A DNA stretch of 64,000 nt, from contig JBAYXX010000006.1 of assembly GCA_041673345.1 (NCBI GenBank), forward strand, positions 5,357 through 69,356, given 5' to 3'. Shown here piece by piece: positions 56,816 to 64,000 of this stretch; the stretch's first letter is position 1; each line of letters opens with the position of its first letter. The notes beneath the pieces were generated by a model that was given only the letters and a program-made list of their open reading frames with translations, was not told the origin of the DNA and made no database searches. This DNA comes from Kiritimatiellia bacterium. Lineage in GTDB: Bacteria > Verrucomicrobiota > Kiritimatiellia > RFP12 > UBA1067. The position numbers and the translations under genes were made by a program.

Positions 56816-57874
56816 ATCTCGTCAACAGACAGTTGAAGATAACGGCGGCGATGCTGGTGGATGAGCTCCCGCATGATCCCAATCGTTCACCAACCTCGTC
56901 GCACAGTATCGGCGGCCGTTGTTTGCCTAGGATTGTGGTTCAGCCCGTGAAAGGTGGGCCCTGGGGTGTAGGGTTGCTTCTATGAAGCAATTAGTTGACA
57001 TCAGGTGTTTGTTTGCCAAAGGCACACCATAGGATTTCATGATCTTTGTTTGGCTCATAGAGCCAACCCTACAGTTTCAACCAGGATGAAGCTTACCAAT
57101 CGCGAGCAAGCCTTGCCGTTCGTGTAGTAGCCGCTCTACTTGTCGGGCATAGTTCCGCCATGCCACGGCGTAGCCCCGCTTGCGGACGAAGCCGGGTTGC
57201 GGGACGACGCCTGTAGAGCGGCATTGGTTGACGATGATGTGCGACTAGTGACACGTCACTAGAAAAAGTCGAAGTTATAGGCAAGTCCGCCGCGCGGCTA
57301 CGCCGCGAAAAAACGATGAGGTAACTCGACAAAATGGGCAGGTTATGGGCAACGTGGGAGGGGCATCCTGCCCCTCGGCAGCCTCAGAGGGGCTGGAAGC
57401 CCCTCCCACGTTAGATAGTGAAATCAGTGTCTGTCCCTAAGTCGTCACTGCAGTGCGTGCCGTAGGGACGCGCCAGCCGAGTGATTAGCAGGTCGAAGCT
57501 GTAGGGCGCGGGCCGTGAACGCGCCGGCGGGTAAAAGTGTGGTGCTTCGTGAGTCGGAACGCTTGACGATTGGTCATAAAAGCACCACCCCGCGGTCACG
57601 GCCCGCGGCTACAGTGCTGCGCAGGACGTAGGTCCGATTTCCAATCGGACATGTCCGGTTGGAAACCGGACCTACAGACGTTCATCGCCGCTATCGTCAA
57701 CCGGAGGCCTGGCCTCGCTGGACAAGGATTGCGATTAAGATTGTGATTAGGATGTGCATCCCTCCTAATCGTAATCCTAATCGCAATCCTAATCAAACAA
57801 CGGTGGTTTTCAGTTATGTGCGACTAGTGACACGTCACTAGAAAAAGTCGAAGCTACAGGCAAGCCCGCCGCAT
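56816..57874. repeat. Mosaic intergenic repeat block R11 (largest; modules A, B, K, D, I, J, C, a GATTNN hairpin and a 55-nt direct repeat pair)
   Basis: Module coordinates are given in the findings. 55-nt direct repeats at 57237-57291 and 57816-57870. Hexamer hairpin at 57727-57794. Confidence 0.9.
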
Positions 57875-57925
57875 ATGAACATCGTAGATTCTTCCGGTTG
57901 GTTGGAGTACTTCTCGAAAAATTAA
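57875..57925 (+). pseudogene. VapC (PIN-domain) toxin N-terminal fragment
   Basis: ATG then MNIVDSSGWLEYFSKN*, the characteristic VapC start, terminated after 16 codons. A possible C-terminal piece (HRFILKTDIYSQ*) lies about 100 nt downstream. Confidence 0.5.
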
Positions 57926-58082
57926 TAAAATTTCAGAAACAGTGCGCTTGTTTTTGCAAACAACTCCGCCATATGAGCCTGCGCAAGCAACACCGTTTCA
58001 TCCTCAAGACGGACATCTATTCTCAATAACCAGTCAGAACAAGGTCGTTTGCCCGGTGCGTTCTGACGCTGATTGCATCTGA

Positions 58083-58220
58083 TTGGAGGTTGGCGACAAA
58101 CTCAATTTTCTATTACGTGATGATGGAGTGCTTGAGTTAGTTCCAATCAAACAACCAGCATCGCGTCTGAAAGGCATGCGCACACCTCCGAAAAAAGCTG
58201 TTTGCTCTCAACTGAGCGCA
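58083..58220 (+). pseudogene. AbrB/SpoVT-type antitoxin fragment
   Basis: LEVGDKLNFLLRDDGVLELVPIKQPASRLKGM resembles the second half of a SpoVT/AbrB swapped-hairpin domain. An in-frame TGA lies immediately upstream, and the 3' end runs into the convergent Clp gene. Confidence 0.45.
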
Positions 58221-58222
58221 AC

Positions 58223-60589
58223 TTATTCGAAATTGAGTGCAATACCGTCATTTTCTACGACGCAACGTATGCGGCAAGAATCTCTCTTTGATTGAGCTGC
58301 AAGCAAATTGGCCAGCGGCATCTCGATATAACGCTGGATAACCCTGGTCAACTCTCTTGCCCCAAACTCGGCATTGAAACCTTCCGTACACAGGAATTCA
58401 ATCACTTTTTTATCGTATGTCAACGTCACATTGTGCTTCTCTTTTAAAGACAAGGCCAGCATCTCCATCCGTTTCTCAGCGATCTGCTCAACCACTTTAA
58501 TGTCAAGCTGCTCAAAAACAATAACTTCGTCAATCCTGTTGATCATCTCCGGCCTGAAATATTTTTTCAAACCGTCATTTTCTCTTGCAGAACGTGCTGA
58601 GCCATCGGGCGTATTTGCTGCGTTGAATCCCAACGGCTTGCGCTTGGCCGACGGCTCCACCCCAAGATTGGATGTCATGATAAAAATAGCATTTTTTGCA
58701 TCAACGCACCGTCCTTTGGCATCTGTTACGCGTCCATCGTCAAATACTTGGAGAAACAGATCGGCCACTTGAGGATGCGCCTTTTCAATCTCATCTAAAA
58801 GCACAATGGAGTACGGCGCTCTCCGCAAAGCCCCGGTCAGCTGCCCCTCTTCATCGTGTCCGATATAACCTGGCGGTGAGCCGATCAAACGTGCCACATT
58901 GTGCTTTTCCATGTACTCCGACATGTCAAGCCGGATCATGGACTTTTCAGAACCAAAGAGCGCATCCGCGAGAGCCCGCGCCAGCTCGGTCTTACCAACC
59001 CCGGAAGGCCCCATGAAGAGGAATACTCCCAGCGGTCCCCGACGATCAAGCAATGCAGCCTGAGCCAACATAAGCCGATCACACACACTCTTGATTGCAA
59101 CATCCTGCCCAATCACGCGCAGTGCAAGACGATGGCTTAGCCCCTCCATCCTGGAGTTAGAGTCTCTTCGCAACTCATTCGCGATCAGCTCTACAGGTAT
59201 CCCCGTTTTCTCGGACAAGACAGCTGCCACATTTTTTTTGGATACAAGACCACACTCTAAATTCGACTTGTCTCCTTGAATACTCAGACCGGGAATACAG
59301 AGCTGAGCGCAGGCTCGGTCAATCAAATCAATCGCTTTATCAGGCAACCGATGATCTGCATCAAAACGTATTGAAAGATCGACGGCCGCCTCCATCGCGG
59401 CACCCGCAATTGTAACCCCATGATGTTTTTCGAATCTATCTCGCAAGCCCTCAAGAATCTGAAGCGTCTCATCACGACTTGGTTCAGGCACAACGATCTT
59501 CTCGAACCTCCGTGCCAATGCCGGATCTTTCTCGATATGCTTGCGATACTCATCCAGCGTTGTCGCCCCAATACATGCAATTTCCCCGCGTACGAGGACT
59601 GGCTTCAGTAGATTAGCGGCGTCCATGCCACCTTGACGGTCACCTGCTCCAACCAGCATGTGGATCTCATCTATGAAAACAATTAGATCCGGCATTGCCT
59701 TAATCTCTTCCAGCAATCCTTTCATGCGCTCTTCAAACTCACCCCGATACTTGGTCCCTGCCACCAATGCCCCGACACTCAGTTCTATCAGGCGCTTTCC
59801 ATTGAGTACTTTACCGTCCTTACCCTGTGCGATCCTTTGGGCAAGCGCCTCCACAATTGCAGTCTTACCAACCCCCGGCTCACCGATCAGCAGCGGATTA
59901 TTCTTCTTACTTCGCGCCAGGGTCTGGATCACCTGCAAGATCTCTTTGCGGCGCCCAATCACAGGCGGCAATCTTCCCGCCTGCGCCTCAGCGGTTAGAT
60001 CCCGTCCGAACCTTTCGAGCAGCGACTCTGATTGCGCAACTTCCGGGTCATCCGCCTTGGCAGCTGGCAAATTGGGTTTGTCACGCCCGCGCTGACCGAC
60101 AAATGCCCTCATCTTGGCTAAGTCAACACCCTCATCACGCAACACGGAGCATACAAGCGAGGCATCATCAGCGATCAAGGCAACAAACAGCGACCGGGCG
60201 GTCACGGAAGTTTCTTTCAGGGTAACCGCGATATTCTCGGCATCGCAAAAGACCTTCTTGGTCAGCTCAGCACGATGAATCACGCCCTCTCGCTCGGACA
60301 CCCATTCAAACACGCCTTTGCCAAGTTTACCCCTGACAGCCCGCCGCAGTTTGGCAGGGCTTATGCCCGCATCTTCAACCGCGTCAGGACCCGATCGCAA
60401 CTCAGCGGCAAGCGCCTCGACATCCACACCCCGCCCACGCAGCTCTTCCAGCGCCTGGTTGCCTGTGAAATCCTTTCCCCGCATAGCCGCCTCGAACAGA
60501 TGTTCCGGCTCGATCTTCTCATGATGTGACGCAATTGCTTCCTTGACTGCCATGCTCCACAACACATTTACTGCCAATGACAATTTCAT
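58223..60589 (-). CDS. ClpA/ClpC-type double AAA+ unfoldase (Clp_N repeats, D1, D2, no coiled-coil M-domain)
   Basis: 788 aa. Walker A/B in D1: [15 protein letters not shown] and [13 protein letters not shown]. Walker A/B in D2: [15 protein letters not shown] and [12 protein letters not shown]1 runs directly into D2 after [20 protein letters not shown] sits at the position of the ClpP-docking loop. Confidence 0.85.
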   Translation of the reverse strand: MKLSLAVNVLWSMAVKEAIASHHEKIEPEHLFEAAMRGKDFTGNQALEELRGRGVDVEALAAELRSGPDAVEDAGISPAKLRRAVRGKLGKGVFEWVSEREGVIHRAELTKKVFCDAENIAVTLKETSVTARSLFVALIADDASLVCSVLRDEGVDLAKMRAFVGQRGRDKPNLPAAKADDPEVAQSESLLERFGRDLTAEAQAGRLPPVIGRRKEILQVIQTLARSKKNNPLLIGEPGVGKTAIVEALAQRIAQGKDGKVLNGKRLIELSVGALVAGTKYRGEFEERMKGLLEEIKAMPDLIVFIDEIHMLVGAGDRQGGMDAANLLKPVLVRGEIACIGATTLDEYRKHIEKDPALARRFEKIVVPEPSRDETLQILEGLRDRFEKHHGVTIAGAAMEAAVDLSIRFDADHRLPDKAIDLIDRACAQLCIPGLSIQGDKSNLECGLVSKKNVAAVLSEKTGIPVELIANELRRDSNSRMEGLSHRLALRVIGQDVAIKSVCDRLMLAQAALLDRRGPLGVFLFMGPSGVGKTELARALADALFGSEKSMIRLDMSEYMEKHNVARLIGSPPGYIGHDEEGQLTGALRRAPYSIVLLDEIEKAHPQVADLFLQVFDDGRVTDAKGRCVDAKNAIFIMTSNLGVEPSAKRKPLGFNAANTPDGSARSARENDGLKKYFRPEMINRIDEVIVFEQLDIKVVEQIAEKRMEMLALSLKEKHNVTLTYDKKVIEFLCTEGFNAEFGARELTRVIQRYIEMPLANLLAAQSKRDSCRIRCVVENDGIALNFE

Positions 60590-60605
60590 CTGTTAACTCC
60601 CTCAC

Positions 60606-61376
60606 TCATAACCCCAAATTCCACACCACAGCCGTCACATTATCCGGCGCACCGTACTCTACCGCCAGGCTCACCAACTTACGGCAAGCATCCTCCGGAC
60701 GGTCCTGCTCCAACAACGTTGCCGCAATCTCGCCATCTTTAACAACACCCCACAAGCCATCTGTACAGAGCAACAGCCTGTCCCCATCTTTGATTCCTAT
60801 TGTTTGCAACCCGCAATACACATCCCCCGGCATTCCCACAAACCGCGTCAGTTGCCCGCGTGCCGGATGCTTCTCCGCCTCTTCTTCCGTGATCTCGCCG
60901 CTACGCACCAGCAGCGCCACAATCGAATGGTCCGCAGTCAACTTTCGTAACCTGCCGCCCCGTAATAGATACGCCCGGCTGTCGCCCTGGTGGGCTACAT
61001 GGAGAACCTCGCCACACTGCCAGGCCGCAACCATTGTCGTGCCCATGCCCTTGCGTTTTGGATCATCCTCACTCACCCGCAGAATCTCCCGGCTGACCGC
61101 CAAAACCGTTTCGCGTAATAACCGCCGCGCCGAGCGCCGCTTCGGAACCACACCAGCCACTCCCTTCCGCAAAAACTCCGGCAAGCACTCTGTAGCCATC
61201 TGCGCCGCCTCTGCGCCCGCAGGTCGACCACCCATGCCATCGGCAACCACAACAAGCCGGAGCAACTCATCAGCCATCCACGCATCCTGGTTATCGGCCC
61301 GGATACACCCCCTGTCGCTAATCCCGGCGACATCAAAGGGAGTTGCAAATACACTCTGTTGCTGCGTTACGTTCAT
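60606..61376 (-). CDS. PP2C-family Ser/Thr protein phosphatase
   Basis: GISDRGCIRADNQDA, VVADGMGG, GTTMV, HQGDSRAYL, LLLCTDGLW, DNVTAVV. The start overlaps the kinase stop (ATGA). Confidence 0.88.
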   Translation of the reverse strand: MNVTQQQSVFATPFDVAGISDRGCIRADNQDAWMADELLRLVVVADGMGGRPAGAEAAQMATECLPEFLRKGVAGVVPKRRSARRLLRETVLAVSREILRVSEDDPKRKGMGTTMVAAWQCGEVLHVAHQGDSRAYLLRGGRLRKLTADHSIVALLVRSGEITEEEAEKHPARGQLTRFVGMPGDVYCGLQTIGIKDGDRLLLCTDGLWGVVKDGEIAATLLEQDRPEDACRKLVSLAVEYGAPDNVTAVVWNLGL

Positions 61377-62752
61377 ACGCTGATATTCCTCATTGCATCC
61401 AGCATCTCCTGAGCACTTTGATAGCGATCTTTCGGCATCGACTGGATCGCTCGGTCGATCACCCCTGCAAGTGCCATCGGGATCTGCGGATCACGTTTGC
61501 GGATTGGAATAATCTCCCCTCGCAAGACCACCTCCATCGGGTCGGCACCACGCGGGAAATCCCGTGGCAATTTACCTGTCAGCAGATTATACGCAGTCGC
61601 CCCGAAGCTCCAGACATCCGTCACAGGTTTCACATACTTAAAATTCGTGATCTGTTCCTTAGGCATGAATACCGGCGTGCCCGCAAAGGCACCAGTCACC
61701 GTCATCCCGCTGAAACCCGCCTTGTCAAAGTTTTTAGCCAGTCCGAGATCGGAAATTTTTGATACAGGCCTTTCCGGTTTCCCTGTCAGTAAAATATTCG
61801 CAGGTTTCAGGTCTCGATGTACAATCCCCTGCGAGTGAGCGTAAGCCAACCCTTCCAGAGCCTGCCGAAGGATAGGCAAAGCAGCTTTAGCGGAGAGCTT
61901 GCCCCCATGCGCAGCCATATAATCGGATAAACTCCCGCCGGGACAATATTCCATTACAAAATAAAACGCGCCCCCCGCCGAACCCGACGAGATCAACGAC
62001 ACAATGTTATCGTGTCTGAGCGCCTCAAGCAGCTTCACCTCCTGTGTAAATTTGAGCCGTGAAGGTTCATCCACCGCCACCCTTGAAAGCATAACCTTGA
62101 TTGCAACAAGATGGCCATCCACTTCACGCTCAGCCAGATAAACCGCGCCAAAGCCGCCAATGCCCAACCGCCTGCCGATCCTGTAGCCAGCCACCGCAGG
62201 TTTGTCGCCTTTCGCTTTCGGTGTGCCACCTGCCTTTGCCGCCTGCTCCTTGGCCAGCAGCTCCAGCAACGCCGCCGCTGGATCAATCTGAATGCTCTGG
62301 CGACACGCAAGGCAGATGTACGCACCACCTCTGCGTCCGCCAGCCTCATCCCCGACATCCTTGCCGCAGCGCGAGCAGCACAACGGACCTTTGGCAGCCG
62401 CTGCGATAATCTTGACAGCCAGTTTTGTCTGCCCAACCGCAAGCGTATCTCCATCCTTCAGATCCACCTCGGCATACTTCCGCTGCTGGCCCTGCTCCGG
62501 TGTCTCACCCTTCTCACGGCTCCCGATCTTCTTTCCGTTTACATGCGTTCCATTCAGGCTCCCGAAATCCTTGATCCGGGCATCCGGCGGATTCACCTCC
62601 ACAATGAAATGTCGCCGCGAAACCTGCCCGTCATCCCACAGACAACAGTGGCACTCCGCAGCTCGCCCGAAAATGAACGTATCATGCTCGATAAAGTCGA
62701 ACGCTTTACCTTTCATCGGCCCTGAGGTCACACGCAAACTGACTGAATTCAT
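61373..62752 (-). CDS. Ser/Thr protein kinase with an N-terminal FHA domain and a central CxxC..CxxC zinc ribbon
   Basis: FHA: FIFGRAAECHCCLWDDGQVSRRHF..GSLNGTHVNGKKI. Ribbon: CSRCG..CLACR. Kinase: GIGGFGAVYLA, VAIKVM, HRDLKPANIL, SDLGLAK. Confidence 0.88.
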   Translation of the reverse strand: MNSVSLRVTSGPMKGKAFDFIEHDTFIFGRAAECHCCLWDDGQVSRRHFIVEVNPPDARIKDFGSLNGTHVNGKKIGSREKGETPEQGQQRKYAEVDLKDGDTLAVGQTKLAVKIIAAAAKGPLCCSRCGKDVGDEAGGRRGGAYICLACRQSIQIDPAAALLELLAKEQAAKAGGTPKAKGDKPAVAGYRIGRRLGIGGFGAVYLAEREVDGHLVAIKVMLSRVAVDEPSRLKFTQEVKLLEALRHDNIVSLISSGSAGGAFYFVMEYCPGGSLSDYMAAHGGKLSAKAALPILRQALEGLAYAHSQGIVHRDLKPANILLTGKPERPVSKISDLGLAKNFDKAGFSGMTVTGAFAGTPVFMPKEQITNFKYVKPVTDVWSFGATAYNLLTGKLPRDFPRGADPMEVVLRGEIIPIRKRDPQIPMALAGVIDRAIQSMPKDRYQSAQEMLDAMRNISV

Positions 62753-62850
62753 GACAGCACTCCTTCTCTGGATAGAAATTGTTCGATATGTTGACAGGCA
62801 TCCAACGCCTGACGGAACGCGCCCGGGTCCACATAGGCCCTTTTTTTCAT
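62749..62850 (-). pseudogene. 33-codon stub of an AbiEii-type nucleotidyltransferase toxin gene
   Basis: MKKRAYVDPGAFRQALDACQHIEQFLSREGVLS*. The D-P-x-A-F-R-Q-A-L-(D/E) opening matches my recollection of AbiEii N-termini. Its ATG overlaps the AbiEi stop (ATGA) and its TGA overlaps the kinase ATG (ATGA). Confidence 0.55.
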
Positions 62851-63440
62851 TTTCGTCTCCAGGCTGTCATGAGGTTCTTGAGTTCCACGCATTGCGGATG
62901 CCGTTCGAATTCGGCAAGGGTGATCAGCCCGGAATCGAGCCCCTGTCCCAGCGCCTGCCGCAGATGCTCCTTTGAGACCGAGGCATCTGCCAGCAGATCA
63001 GCCACCGCCCTCAGCGGACGTGTCACTCGGTAGCCGCGCCGTTCCTCACAATCTTCATGCGCAAGGTAGCCCCGGTGAAGCACGAGAATGTCTGGTATCG
63101 GAGCATTGCGACGAAAGCTCAGAGGAACCGTCATGTGAAGTTGTTTCGGCATCAGGTCGGAAAGCTCGAAAAGCGCCAGTGCGGTCTGATGCGAATAAAC
63201 GCCCTGCGGCACGCCCTGCCGATTGCGCGACCACAGCGTCCAAAGAACATACTGCGCGTCGTCTGACATCGGGAACCTCACAAGACGATAAATGCCCCTG
63301 TATTCCCGCTGCCAGCTCCCGGCTTTGCGGTGATAAACATGGCTGGATGTCGGATAGCCGCACGCCACCGCCTGTGCAGCCGTAAAAAAACCCTGCTGCC
63401 GCTCGGCGATCATATAGAGCTTATCTTCTTTTCGTGTCAT
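62847..63440 (-). CDS. AbiEi-family (type IV TA antitoxin-like) wHTH transcriptional regulator
   Basis: KLYMIAERQQGFFTAAQAVACGYPTSSHVYHRKAGSWQREYRGIYRLVRFP is the AbiEi_4 N-terminal wHTH pattern. Start set at ATG 63440. Confidence 0.75.
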   Translation of the reverse strand: MTRKEDKLYMIAERQQGFFTAAQAVACGYPTSSHVYHRKAGSWQREYRGIYRLVRFPMSDDAQYVLWTLWSRNRQGVPQGVYSHQTALALFELSDLMPKQLHMTVPLSFRRNAPIPDILVLHRGYLAHEDCEERRGYRVTRPLRAVADLLADASVSKEHLRQALGQGLDSGLITLAEFERHPQCVELKNLMTAWRRK

Positions 63441-63554
63441 AGTTCCCCGTTTCAGATATGCACACATAGTACATTATTTATAGCTTTTGTGCAATACCTC
63501 AACGAATCGTCTTCATCCGCCCACTAAATAAGTCAAAAGCAAACGCCAGTCGTG

Positions 63555-64000
63555 TTACAATACACCGTCGAGATTCGCCTGCGCCCATCTCATCACATTT
63601 TGCAAATCCGAACGCCCCGTGCGTTCGCTCTCAGCGCTTACCCCGGCGAAGGCGGCTTGCGCACGTTGGCAGTCGGCAAAAGAAAGGGACCCCATGCCGT
63701 GTAAAATCACGGCGCGGTAGAGTTCGTTCTTCATCATATCACCGAATAGGTCGCTGCGCCCTTCCTGCTCCACCAGCCGCCGAAGAATCACAATATTTTG
63801 GTCGCACAGCGCCACAGATCCGAGATTGTCGCCCAAAGCTCTGAATGCGACAGCCTTGTTCATGTAAACCATAGCCAAATCATAGGCCAGTTCGCAACGG
63901 CCTTCCTGATTGACCAACCGCTCCAGAATCGTAGTCGCATAATCAAAGAGCGCCACCGCTCCACGATTGTCGCCCAAAGCACTAGCTGCGACAGCCTTGT
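63555..64000 (-). CDS. Tetratricopeptide-repeat protein, C-terminal part only (gene continues past the window end)
   Basis: Repeating ~40-aa units: ..AVALFDYATTILERLVNQEGRCELAYDLAMVYMNKAVAFRALGDN.. and ..SVALCDQNIVILRRLVEQEGRSDL... The ORF is open to position 64000. Confidence 0.7.
   Translation of the reverse strand, partial: KAVAASALGDNRGAVALFDYATTILERLVNQEGRCELAYDLAMVYMNKAVAFRALGDNLGSVALCDQNIVILRRLVEQEGRSDLFGDMMKNELYRAVILHGMGSLSFADCQRAQAAFAGVSAESERTGRSDLQNVMRWAQANLDGVL

Noticed and set aside
58223-62752. Interpretation as a type VI secretion regulatory set (ClpV, PpkA, PppA, Fha).
   Set aside because: No T6SS structural genes (tssB/C, hcp, vgrG, tssM and so on) occur within the 64 kb. 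The ATPase has a ClpP-loop-like LGF and ClpA-like architecture, and the FHA domain is fused to the kinase rather than being a separate Fha1. I cannot exclude a T6SS cluster elsewhere in the genome.

Overview
64-kb chromosomal segment (roughly 50-55% GC by eye) from a Gram-negative bacterium. It may belong to the PVC superphylum, but that is a weak inference from three things: autotransporter-associated beta-strand repeats, C-terminal D-x-D-G-D-G...F-x-R-x-x-V modules, and TAT-signal Gfo/Idh/MocA plus xylose-isomerase-like pairs. Most genes are housekeeping: UvrD-family helicase (partial), galM, folK, dapB, dapA, rnd, ileS, trmJ-like, dinB, infC, thrS, a beta-CASP RNase, tcdA, gmd-fcl, nrdR, nrdD-nrdG, ugd, der, and a GT4 glycosyltransferase. 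An AraC regulator, a 1306-aa surface protein and a GH78 rhamnosidase form a glycan-utilisation group. Four things stand out. (1) 58.2-63.4 kb holds a tightly coupled minus-strand operon: AbiEi-like regulator, a 33-codon AbiEii stub, an FHA/Zn-ribbon Ser/Thr kinase, a PP2C phosphatase and a ClpA/ClpC-type double AAA+ ATPase. It sits next to a graveyard of decayed toxin-antitoxin and IS110 fragments and a TPR protein. This is my best candidate for an undescribed conflict or regulated-proteolysis system. (2) 37.4-43.4 kb holds a cobalamin riboswitch controlling a beta-propeller secreted protein, a frameshifted TonB-dependent receptor and another secreted protein. (3) A family of mosaic, palindrome-rich repeat modules fills almost every long intergenic gap, about a tenth of the window. 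Short-period tandem tracts and (GATTNN)n hairpins abut gene ends. (4) Smaller regulatory features: tandem NrdR boxes and a 16-nt tandem array upstream of nrdD, and an ATC start for infC. I found no rRNA, tRNA or CRISPR array. All calls come from reading the sequence and the ORF track by eye; no database search was run.
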